Assembly (NCBI GenBank): GCA_016703535.1
Contig: JADJBV010000001.1
Span: 6,382,270-6,446,269 of the forward strand
Direction of reading: 5' to 3'
DNA: 64,000 nucleotides
Source of the DNA: Deltaproteobacteria bacterium
Lineage (GTDB): Bacteria > Myxococcota > Kuafuiibacteriia > Kuafuiibacteriales > Kuafuiibacteriaceae
Part shown: one piece after another, positions 48,294-57,129 of the stretch
Layout: every line of letters starts with the position of its first letter
How positions within the stretch are numbered: the first letter of the stretch is position 1
The notes under the pieces: generated by a model
What the model saw: the letters and a program-made list of their open reading frames with translations, nothing else
What the model was told of the DNA's origin: nothing
The model's database searches: none
Program-made: the position numbers and the translations under genes

Positions 48294-49217
48294 CTAGAAG
48301 TCGAAGTCTCGTTCGGTCTCTTCGACGTCCAGGATGTCGACGCTGGTGGGGTTCTCTCGATCTCTGGACTTTGAGGTGGGCCGCAGGGCGCTGGCGAGAT
48401 CGAGGCCGAAGAGCAAGGCGTCGGGGGCGACGAAGTTGAAGCTGACGAAGATCGCCGGCTGAAAGGCGTCCAGGAGGTTGAGCCGCAGCCCGGGCGTCAT
48501 TTGGACGGGCGGCGCCACGTCGCCGATCCCACCGAGGGCGGTCGCGCCGCTGAACTCCAAGTAAGGTTCGGCGACGCCCAAGTTGATCCCGGCCCGGGCC
48601 GCGCCGCCGAACAACATCACCAGGCCCTGATCGCCTCGGGGGAGAGAGATGGCCGGCACCAACCCCAGCTCTCCGCCCAGGGTCACCGCCCCGATGCTGG
48701 CCTCGACGTGGAGGCGGCCCCGAAAGGAGAGGGTCTGGGGGAGATAGAGTTGGACCTCATAACCTCGAAAAGCGCCGAACAAGAGGAGCGCAGCTTGGGT
48801 GGTCTCGCTGGAAGGTGCGGTCGGGAGATACGCGTCCAGACCTCCGCCGACCCGCAACACCAGCTCGGGGGTCTCGACCACCACGCCGCCGAAGGATGCG
48901 CCCAGGGCCAAATTGCCGATCACCAAACGAGCGTCGGACTCATAGCCGTTGGTGATCCCCAGAGGCAGCGCTCCGCTGAACACCAAGCCGGGCCGCGCCC
49001 TGACTTGAGCCCGGATCTCGGTCGACCAGGCAGAGGAAGAAGAAAAAGGGCCTTGGCCGTCGGCGAAGGTGGCCCGGGTGACCAGGTTGAAGCGCGTCAG
49101 CCCCGAGGGATCGAGCTGCTCGGTGGACCAAGGCGGCAGCGGCGGAAGGGGCGGCGCGTCGATCTGAGCCTGGATGTCGGCTTGAGCGGCGAGGAGCAGG
49201 GCAAAGGAGAACCACAT
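48294..49217 (-). CDS. Secreted hypothetical protein (beta-rich, Gly/Ala/Leu), 307 aa
   Basis: Signal peptide MWFSFALLLAAQA. Confidence 0.45.
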   Translation of the reverse strand: MWFSFALLLAAQADIQAQIDAPPLPPLPPWSTEQLDPSGLTRFNLVTRATFADGQGPFSSSSAWSTEIRAQVRARPGLVFSGALPLGITNGYESDARLVIGNLALGASFGGVVVETPELVLRVGGGLDAYLPTAPSSETTQAALLLFGAFRGYEVQLYLPQTLSFRGRLHVEASIGAVTLGGELGLVPAISLPRGDQGLVMLFGGAARAGINLGVAEPYLEFSGATALGGIGDVAPPVQMTPGLRLNLLDAFQPAIFVSFNFVAPDALLFGLDLASALRPTSKSRDRENPTSVDILDVEETERDFDF

Positions 49218-49323
49218 CGAGGAGGCCTCACAGGCTCCCCAAATCCGGGCGGGGGGTCAAGAGCTCCAGCCCCAGGGCGACCGAACGTCACCGGCCGGTG
49301 GCCGAGTCCGTATGGGCGGGCCC

Positions 49324-50226
49324 TCAGGCCCGGACGTCTTTGGCTTTGCCCAAGGTCTTGAGCCGCTTCAGGCGCATCGGATCTTGTTGGGACAAGAGCG
49401 GATCGGCCGAGTGGAGCTCGTAAGCCTTGGCGAAATAACGTTCGGCTTCGTCGGTCTTCTTGAGGGCCTGCAGGCACTCGGCGATCTCTTCGTTGATCAA
49501 GGCGTCGCTGAGCCGCAGCCGATCGAGTTCGGTCAGGAGGCCCTTTTGAAGCTCGAGGGCCTCGGGGATCTTGTTCATCAGGCGCAACACCCGGCCGCCG
49601 TAGGAGCGGGCCAGGACCACGTGCACCGCCAACCCCTGTTCCTTGAAGGCGCTTTCGGCTTGAGCGAAGGCGTCCATCGCTTTTTGAAGCTGGAGCAGCT
49701 CTAGGAAGTGCCACCCGAGGCGCACGTAGAGCACACCCCGCCAGTTGCGAGCCCGGGTGATGGTGGTGCGCTCCGCCGCCTCCAGCGCCTTGTTGGTCCA
49801 TTCGTGACGTTTTTTGGGGGTCTCGATCCGGGCCATCATGTCGGCGGCGTCGATCAAGAACGGGAGGTCGGCCTCTTCGGTGGCCAAGCGGAGCACCTCC
49901 ATGAAGCGCTCCCGAGCCTGGGCGGGTGACTTGGCCACCACCAGGGCCCGACCCCGCTCCAACAAGACTCGGAGCTTGGGCGCCAACGACTTGGCCGCCG
50001 GCAGGAGCTTTTCGGCCTCCAGCAAGGTGCGATCCGCCTCCCGCAACTTGCCTTGCAGCGACTCGGCCCGGGCGACCTGGGTCAAGATCTCGATGGCCCA
50101 CGACGGATCGCTGTGACCGGCGGCCCGCTCACTCTCCAGGATCCGCCGGAGCTCGACCTCGGCTTCTTTGGGATGGTGCAGGTCCCAAGGCAGAGCAACG
50201 TCGACAACTTCGCAGGGCAAGTCCAC
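49324..50226 (-). CDS. TPR-like helical repeat protein, 300 aa
   Basis: Helical repeat composition. Confidence 0.5.
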   Translation of the reverse strand: MDLPCEVVDVALPWDLHHPKEAEVELRRILESERAAGHSDPSWAIEILTQVARAESLQGKLREADRTLLEAEKLLPAAKSLAPKLRVLLERGRALVVAKSPAQARERFMEVLRLATEEADLPFLIDAADMMARIETPKKRHEWTNKALEAAERTTITRARNWRGVLYVRLGWHFLELLQLQKAMDAFAQAESAFKEQGLAVHVVLARSYGGRVLRLMNKIPEALELQKGLLTELDRLRLSDALINEEIAECLQALKKTDEAERYFAKAYELHSADPLLSQQDPMRLKRLKTLGKAKDVRA

Positions 50227-50319
50227 GGCCCAACTTCAGCCGTCGGGCCGTCAGAATGCAAGCGCTACGCGCACCGGGGGGGGGCGCCAGGTCCCGGCCT
50301 AGGGAAAAGCGGACACCCC

Positions 50320-52080
50320 TCAAGCGTCCAGGACGTCCCGGATCTTTCGGAACAACAGCTCCGGCGTCAGCGGCTTCTGCACGAAGGCCACTCCGGCCTC
50401 CAGGACGCCGTGGTGCAAGATCACGTCGTCGGTGTAGCCCGACATGAACAACACCGGCAACTTCGGGCGTTGGGTGCGGACCCGATCCGCCAGCTCCCGA
50501 CCGTTGAGGCCCGGCATGATCACGTCGGTCAGCAGCAGATCGAAGTTGCGCGCCGGATCGGCCACCAGACGCAGCGCCTCGTTGGGCCCGTTGACCGCTT
50601 GGACCTGGTAGCCGGCCTTGCCCAACATCGCCACCACCAGCCGACGCACCATCTCGTCGTCTTCGACCAAGAGGATCACCTCGTGGCCCCGGGCCTTGGG
50701 CAGGTCCCGGGTGGGCGAGGCGGCCGCGTCCGGCTGCCCCAAGGTGGCGGGCAAGTAGATCCGAATGGAGGTGCCGGTGCCGACCTCGCTGTAGAGCCAG
50801 ACGTTGCCGCCCAGCTGCTTGACGATTCCGAACACCGTGGAGAGGCCAAGCCCAGTGCCTTTGCCCCGGGCCTTGGTGGTGAAAAACGGCTCAAAGGCCC
50901 GAGCCTGGGTGGCCTTGTCCATGCCAAGGCCGGTGTCGCTCACCGCCAACATCACGTAGTCGCCAGGGGTCACGCCCAAGTGTTCCTTGGCGTACTCCTC
51001 GTCGAGGTACACGTTTTTGGTCTCGATGGTCAGGCGCCCGCCTTTGGGCATCGCGTCTCGGGCGTTGACCACCAGGTTCATCAACACCTGCTCCAGGTGG
51101 CCTTGATCCGCCTTGATCCGGGACAAGGGGCGCCCGAGCTGGAGTCGCAGCTCGATGTCTTCACCCAAAGTGCGCTCCAGGATCTGAGCGATGTTGTTCA
51201 CCACCACGTTCGGTTCGAGGACCTTCAGATCCAAGAGCTGCCGGCGGCTGAAGGCCAGCAGTTGTTTGGTCAGGTCAGCGGCCCGGAGCGCGGCCTTCTT
51301 CACCTGCTCCAGCTCGTTGCGGTAGGGCAACGCGGGCGGCGACTCCTCCAAGATCATCTCGCTGTAGCTGAGGATCACCGACAGCAAGTTGTTGAAGTCG
51401 TGGGAGACGCCACCCGCCAGGCGGCCGATCGCCTCGAGGCGTTGAGATTGTCGGAGTTGTTCTTCGGTGTTCTCCAGCGTCTCCATGGCATGGCGGAGCT
51501 CGGCGGTGCGGGCTTCGACCCGCTGCTCCAGCTCTTCCTTCAGCGTCATCAACTCCCGATTGACGACCTGGACCTCATGGGCTCGCCGGAGGATCTCGGC
51601 CTCCATCCGGCCGGCTTCGCTGCGCAGGGCTTCGGTGTCCCGGGCCGCCTCCACCCCTTCTGCCTTGAGTCGCACGAAGGTGGTGACGTCCTCGACCGCG
51701 TGGATCACGTAGGCCAACTCGTTGCTGGGGCCGTAGACCGGCGTGTTGATCGGGCTCCAGTACCGCACCTCGAAGCCGCCGCCTTCGGAGTCGGGCTTGC
51801 GGATGTCATACTTCTGCACGGGCATCGGGTCCGGCTTACGCAGGCGGATGGCCCGATCGATGGAAGCGCGAAGGTTGGCGACGCCCTCGGCCCCGACATC
51901 GTCCGGGTTGTCGGGGAATACTTCGAACAACTTTCGGCCGACGATCTCGCTTCGGTTGGTCATCGTCGCCTTCAGGTAAGCGTTGGTGACGGCGATGATG
52001 CGAAGTTCGGGATCCAAGATCAGGTAGCAGCCCGGGACGGCGTCGAGGATCTGGAGATAGTTGGGGCTTCCTTCCTGCAC
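50320..52080 (-). CDS. Hybrid sensor histidine kinase (PAS - HisKA - HATPase_c - receiver)
   Basis: H-box VSHDFNNLL; G-boxes; C-terminal receiver ILLVEDDEMVRR...DLLLTDVIMPGLNG. Confidence 0.85.
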   Translation of the reverse strand: MQEGSPNYLQILDAVPGCYLILDPELRIIAVTNAYLKATMTNRSEIVGRKLFEVFPDNPDDVGAEGVANLRASIDRAIRLRKPDPMPVQKYDIRKPDSEGGGFEVRYWSPINTPVYGPSNELAYVIHAVEDVTTFVRLKAEGVEAARDTEALRSEAGRMEAEILRRAHEVQVVNRELMTLKEELEQRVEARTAELRHAMETLENTEEQLRQSQRLEAIGRLAGGVSHDFNNLLSVILSYSEMILEESPPALPYRNELEQVKKAALRAADLTKQLLAFSRRQLLDLKVLEPNVVVNNIAQILERTLGEDIELRLQLGRPLSRIKADQGHLEQVLMNLVVNARDAMPKGGRLTIETKNVYLDEEYAKEHLGVTPGDYVMLAVSDTGLGMDKATQARAFEPFFTTKARGKGTGLGLSTVFGIVKQLGGNVWLYSEVGTGTSIRIYLPATLGQPDAAASPTRDLPKARGHEVILLVEDDEMVRRLVVAMLGKAGYQVQAVNGPNEALRLVADPARNFDLLLTDVIMPGLNGRELADRVRTQRPKLPVLFMSGYTDDVILHHGVLEAGVAFVQKPLTPELLFRKIRDVLDA

Positions 52081-52139
52081 TACACCCCGACCCTAGGGGG
52101 TGGCTGGAATAATGGAAAGGCCCTCAATTCACCTTCTTT

Positions 52140-55100
52140 TCAGCGACGCCGACGCAGCAGGAACAGGAGCCCGCAGAGGCCCACTCCGATGCCGCCGGTC
52201 GGACCCGAGGGGTGGGCGGTACATCCGCACCCTTCTTCGGTGGGCGGCCCCCCGCCCGCGTCGACGGGGGTGCCTTGATCGGCCGCGCCCGCGTCGGGCC
52301 CACCCGAGTCGGCCGTGGGTTGGGCGTCCGGGTTCGGTAGGCCCGCGTCGGTCGGCCCCATCGCAGCGATGCACTCATTGGGGCCTTGCTCGCAAGGCGC
52401 CTCGGGCGGAAGTGAGTCGTTATCCAACGACAACAGATAGGACAACAGCTCGGCTCGTTCTGAAACAGCCAAAGCCGGGATCGGGCCGTGTCGATCCAAC
52501 ACCTGCTCCAAGGTGGCCGCCGATCCGTCGTGCAGATAAGGCGCCCCATCCCACAAACCGCGTAGGGTCGGGGTGTCGAAGCCCACGCCGATCAAAGGTT
52601 GGCCCAGGCCTTGGCCGCTGCTGGGACGGATGGTCCCGACGTCGTGGCGCAGGTGATCGCTGAAGGTGGGGCCGCCGTGGCAGACCGCGCACCCGGCGTT
52701 GTTGAAGACCACCCGGCCCCGGCGAGCGTCGGCGCTGAGGCTCCCGTCTGCTTCCCGATGGGGGCTGGGCTCGAACGTCGTCAGGGTCGCGACGTAGGCG
52801 GCCAAGGCGTCGAGCTCAGCGGAGCGCCCCGCTTTGGGAGCCCCGAGGGGATCTTGGGTCGCGGCGAAGTCGGCGTCGCTCAAGTAGCCCTGGCCCCCGA
52901 AGGCCCCTCGGATGTCGTGCTCAAAATCCTGGAGTTCGTCGAAGTTGGCGGTCCAATGGACCCGGCCGTGGCCCACGCCCGCTCGGCCGTTGAGGCTGAT
53001 GGTGTTGCGGAGGCCTTCGCCCGCCTGCGTGAAGTCCCAGGTGCGCCCGTCGTGGCCCCCTTCGAAGTGGCAGGTGGCGCAAGAGAGGTAGCTGTCCCGG
53101 CTCATCCGGTGATCGGCGGCGTCGTGGAAGATGCGCTTGCCGGCCAAAACCACGGGGCTCAAGGGTTCGCTGGCGACGGTGGTGATGGTGGCGAGCTCAG
53201 GGGCGGCGTTGCGGGTGCCCCGGAGCAACCCGGCCACGTCGTAATAACTCACCGACCGGGACAAGAAGTTGAAGACCGCCAGCCGTTCACCGGCCGGATC
53301 GAGGGCCATCGCCTGGGGCCCGAGGCCCACGTCGAACTGAGAGACCCGTTCGTCTTTGGCCAGATCGAAGACGTCGATCCGGTGCACGCCGTGAGAGGCC
53401 ACGAACAAAAGATCGGCCAGGGGGCTGATCAAGGTCGTGAGGACCAGCTCTCGATCGTTGATGTCCAGGCGCCGATGGACCGCCGCCGACGCCGTCGCGA
53501 TCTCAAAGCGCGAGACCACGGTGCGGGCCCGGCTTTCGAAGGTCAGGGGGCGTCCATCCCGCACCAGGCCCCGGGCGATGTTGTCCTTTTTGCTGGCCAC
53601 GAAGCCGGTCACGCCGTCGGGGGCGATCTGGACCTCGGCCACGTAGTTGGGCACGCCGCGGCCGGTGGCCTCGGTGTCGGGCCCCGGGTCGAAGGGCAAA
53701 TGGACCACTTCACGCTGGGCCAAGTTCGAAGCGTCCAAGACGTGGACCTCTCCTTCGGTGTCGCCCGAGATGAAGCGGGTCACGTACAACTTGCCGTCGA
53801 ACCAGGTCAGGCCTCGGGCGGTCGGCGTGATCACCGAACTTGGTCCCAGGGATCCGTCGGCCTCGATCACCTGGACCTCGCCGGTGGCGTAGAGGCTGAC
53901 GTAACCTCGGCCATCGGGGGCAAAGACGATGGCGGTCGGGGCCGAGGCCCGGCGCAGCGGGATCGTGCGCAGCTCCGACCCGGTGTCGAGGTCGAGGATC
54001 ACCAAACGCGCGCCGCTGCGATCCACCACCCAAAGTTCGTCGCCCTTTTGCGCCAGACCTTCGGGCCGGCCGCCGATCGCCCGCTCCCAGATCACGCCGC
54101 CGTTCGGGTCCACCCGGCTGACCGAGCCGTGGTCCGGGTTGACGTTGAGGGTGTGGCCTTCCACCCAGATCAACTTGGAGGCGGTCCGGGCCGGGACGTT
54201 GACCAAAGGCCGGTGCACGATCTTCAGGCCGCTGCAGCTGGCAGCTCGGACCCCGTCATCGACGTTGAGGGTGATCGGGTGGCGCCCGGGCGGGAGGAAC
54301 ACGCTGGGGTTGGGCCCGCTCAAGGTGCGGCCGGCGACCCGCCACTGATAGTTGCCGCTTTGGGGGCCGGTGCCGCTCAAGGTGATGGTGCCGGTCAGGG
54401 CCGGGCTGAGATCCACCTCGCAGGGCAAGGGTTCGGGGACGATCACCACCGAATACATGCTCTGGGCCCCACTGGCGCCCAAGGCCGAGTTGCCACCCAG
54501 GTTGACCGGGCCGGCGGGGAAGTCGCGCCGATAGACGTCCAAGGTGGTGTCGGTGGTGACCACGGTTTCGCCGGTGGGCGTGAAGGTGCCGAGCCAGTTG
54601 GGGATCGACGAGGCCCGAGCGTCGTAGAGCACCGCAACCTCGGCGGGCGCCAACAGCTCGAAGGAGAGGAAGTTGGAGAGGAAGTTGATCCGGTCGACGT
54701 TGGCGGTTTGCAAGTAGGCTTGCCGTTCGTAGCGGGCCGGATATTGGGCCGTGAAGGTGTAGTCCCGATCGCTGTAAACCAACTTGCCTTCGCTGAAGAT
54801 CCCCAAGGCGTAGCTGCCCAAGGCCACGTTGACGTCGACGTTGATCACCGCCGCGGTCGGCGACTGGGCCACCGATCCATCGCCGGTGGTGATGGTGCCT
54901 TCGAAGCGAGGCGACGGGTTGCCGACCACGTCCCGCACCCCCACCGCCACGATCCGATAGGTGCGGTTGAGGCCGAGTTCGCTGACCGGCGCCAGGTTGA
55001 CCAACCCTTGTTGGACCGACAACCACGCGGGCACTGGGTTGCCGCCGTCGTCCTCCAACCAGAGGGTGCTGGGGTTCAAGCTGGCGGCGTCGATCTGATC

Positions 55101-56267
55101 CGAAAAGCTGAGGCCGATCCGGGTGCTCAAGGCCACCTCGGTGCTGCCGCTGGGCGGGTGCATCCACTCGACCACCGGCGGGTTGGTGTCGGGGGCCTCT
55201 TGGTGCGGGATGATCGCGGTGCCGACGCCGTGATCATCGCCGGCGATCACCAGGTTGCCGAGGACTGAGGCGAAGTCTTCGTCTCGATCGGTGCGGCCCG
55301 AGCTTCCATCGCCGATCTGGGTCGGTGGGTTGATCTGAAACTTCACATAGTTGTTGGAGAAGCCCGAGTGAAAGAACCCATCTTGGTAAGATCCGTAGCC
55401 GCCCGAGTTGAAGAAGAAGCCCACCGTGTCGAGATAGTTTATCCCGCCGTCGGGGGTGAGCTGATAGAAGTGGGCCCGGGGTGGGATGTTGCCCGAGATC
55501 AGGATCTTCCCGTCGCCGGCCAGGAGGTGGCTGTAGCCGGCCCGGGCGTTCACCTGTTGGAGCAGGCGCGGCTGATCGGGGATCGCCACGTCCAAGGTGG
55601 CCATCGCGCTGGACTGGCTCTCCATCACCACCGCCAGGTTGCCCAGCACGAACACTTGGGCCGGGCTGACGCCGCCGAGATCACCGGTGGGCACTTGGGC
55701 CAACAACGCCGGCGCCGCTGGATCTCGGACGTCGACCACGTAGAGGCCTTGATCGACGCCGGCCACGTAAAGATAGGGCGCCTGCCAGAACAACCACCAG
55801 TCGCCGCTGTAGTCGCCGAGGGCGATCCCGGGCAGCGGCGTGTAGCTCAGGCGTTGGATCGCGCGAGGGTTGGTGACGTCGTAGATCAGGACCCCAAGTT
55901 CACCTTGGGCGGCGAGCAAAAGTTGGTTGCCGTACCAGGCCAAAGAGAAGCCGTGGGCCTCCCGCAGGGCGTGGGTCTCAGGGTCGTCGTATTGGGCCAC
56001 CATCACCGGCGCCCGGGGGTTGGAGAGATCCCAAAACTCGAGGCCACCGTCGCTTTCGTCGCCGCCGCCATCGCTTGAATAGATGACCAGCAAGTAGCCC
56101 TGCACCAGGGCGACGTTGCCGTGGCCGTGGGGGCTTTCGATGTAGCCGATGGGGTTGAAGACCTCGCCCGAGCTGTAGTTGAGGTTGCCCAAGCCCGGGC
56201 CGACCTGGGCCTGGGCGGTGAGGCTCAAGGCGAGGAGCGGCAAGGCCAAACCAACGCGGGCGAACAT
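52140..56267 (-). CDS. Secreted 1375-aa protein: LVIVD-type beta-propeller repeats, Ig-like region, di-heme cytochrome c peroxidase (CCP/MauG-like) domain, MYXO-CTERM sorting tail
   Basis: Signal peptide; two CxxCH (CATCH, CAVCH) within a CCP-like region; C-terminus GCGCTAHPSGPTGGIGVGLCGLLFLLRRRR. Confidence 0.75.
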   Translation of the reverse strand: MFARVGLALPLLALSLTAQAQVGPGLGNLNYSSGEVFNPIGYIESPHGHGNVALVQGYLLVIYSSDGGGDESDGGLEFWDLSNPRAPVMVAQYDDPETHALREAHGFSLAWYGNQLLLAAQGELGVLIYDVTNPRAIQRLSYTPLPGIALGDYSGDWWLFWQAPYLYVAGVDQGLYVVDVRDPAAPALLAQVPTGDLGGVSPAQVFVLGNLAVVMESQSSAMATLDVAIPDQPRLLQQVNARAGYSHLLAGDGKILISGNIPPRAHFYQLTPDGGINYLDTVGFFFNSGGYGSYQDGFFHSGFSNNYVKFQINPPTQIGDGSSGRTDRDEDFASVLGNLVIAGDDHGVGTAIIPHQEAPDTNPPVVEWMHPPSGSTEVALSTRIGLSFSDQIDAASLNPSTLWLEDDGGNPVPAWLSVQQGLVNLAPVSELGLNRTYRIVAVGVRDVVGNPSPRFEGTITTGDGSVAQSPTAAVINVDVNVALGSYALGIFSEGKLVYSDRDYTFTAQYPARYERQAYLQTANVDRINFLSNFLSFELLAPAEVAVLYDARASSIPNWLGTFTPTGETVVTTDTTLDVYRRDFPAGPVNLGGNSALGASGAQSMYSVVIVPEPLPCEVDLSPALTGTITLSGTGPQSGNYQWRVAGRTLSGPNPSVFLPPGRHPITLNVDDGVRAASCSGLKIVHRPLVNVPARTASKLIWVEGHTLNVNPDHGSVSRVDPNGGVIWERAIGGRPEGLAQKGDELWVVDRSGARLVILDLDTGSELRTIPLRRASAPTAIVFAPDGRGYVSLYATGEVQVIEADGSLGPSSVITPTARGLTWFDGKLYVTRFISGDTEGEVHVLDASNLAQREVVHLPFDPGPDTEATGRGVPNYVAEVQIAPDGVTGFVASKKDNIARGLVRDGRPLTFESRARTVVSRFEIATASAAVHRRLDINDRELVLTTLISPLADLLFVASHGVHRIDVFDLAKDERVSQFDVGLGPQAMALDPAGERLAVFNFLSRSVSYYDVAGLLRGTRNAAPELATITTVASEPLSPVVLAGKRIFHDAADHRMSRDSYLSCATCHFEGGHDGRTWDFTQAGEGLRNTISLNGRAGVGHGRVHWTANFDELQDFEHDIRGAFGGQGYLSDADFAATQDPLGAPKAGRSAELDALAAYVATLTTFEPSPHREADGSLSADARRGRVVFNNAGCAVCHGGPTFSDHLRHDVGTIRPSSGQGLGQPLIGVGFDTPTLRGLWDGAPYLHDGSAATLEQVLDRHGPIPALAVSERAELLSYLLSLDNDSLPPEAPCEQGPNECIAAMGPTDAGLPNPDAQPTADSGGPDAGAADQGTPVDAGGGPPTEEGCGCTAHPSGPTGGIGVGLCGLLFLLRRRR

Positions 56268-56334
56268 GGCGAGCCTGTAGCCCGATCCCCCAGCCCGGGG
56301 GAACCGGGAGGCCGACGTATCCGCCGAAGCGGGT

Positions 56335-57096
56335 TCAGCGGCTCGGGGCTTGTCTCGACCACCAGGCTCGATAAGCGGCGACGGTGGGGAACTTCTGCTT
56401 GGTCAGGGCCCGCAGGGTGGGCAGGTACTCCTCACTCGTACCTCGGGCGCTTGCGCCTTCCGCGGCCCGCAACAGGCCTTCGGTCAACTTCGGCTCCGGG
56501 TGTTTGGCCAAGATCTGGAGCGCCCGGCTCTCCAACACCGGATCACCGGCCTCGAGGGCCTGGAGCAGGGCCGGGCCCGCCTTCACCTCGAGCCGGGGCA
56601 CCTCGAGGAGCCCGGTGGCCGCGGTCCGGGCCACCTCTTCGTCGGGGTAGGCCACCAACACCACCAGCCCCTCTTGGGCTTCTTTGGTTTGGGGACGGGC
56701 GGCCAAAAGCCGAGCGGCGAGTTGGAAGCTGCGGTCCTTGGGGCCCCTCTCGGAGAGGCGGGGCAACACGCCCGGGCTCAAGGTGGGGGCCGGGTTCAAG
56801 ACCTTGACCACCCAGGCGCCGGTCGCCGCCGCCGTCGCGCCGTAAGGTCGGGCCAACCACCATCCCAACAGGGCGTCGGTTTCGGCTTGGCCAGGCTCGA
56901 GGCCCGCCAGCTGAGGGATCAACTTCGGGGTCTGGGGGGCCGAGTCGAGTTCGGTCAGGCGCCGCAGGGCCGAGATCCGTTCGCCCCCCAACTCACCTTG
57001 GGCTTTTTGCAAGAGAACTTGCACTTCGGCGTCGGGGGCGGCCGAGGTTGGCGGGGAGGTGCCCATCAGGATCAGGAAAACCGGCCAAGGGCGCAT
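56335..57096 (-). CDS. Secreted HEAT/ARM-like repeat protein, 253 aa
   Basis: Signal peptide; helical repeats. Confidence 0.45.
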   Translation of the reverse strand: MRPWPVFLILMGTSPPTSAAPDAEVQVLLQKAQGELGGERISALRRLTELDSAPQTPKLIPQLAGLEPGQAETDALLGWWLARPYGATAAATGAWVVKVLNPAPTLSPGVLPRLSERGPKDRSFQLAARLLAARPQTKEAQEGLVVLVAYPDEEVARTAATGLLEVPRLEVKAGPALLQALEAGDPVLESRALQILAKHPEPKLTEGLLRAAEGASARGTSEEYLPTLRALTKQKFPTVAAYRAWWSRQAPSR

Positions 57097-57129
57097 CTTG
57101 CGTCTCTACCACACCGCCATGGGTTCCGT

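Noticed and set aside
52599-55268. 889-aa plus ORF
   Set aside because: Antisense to the LVIVD/peroxidase gene.
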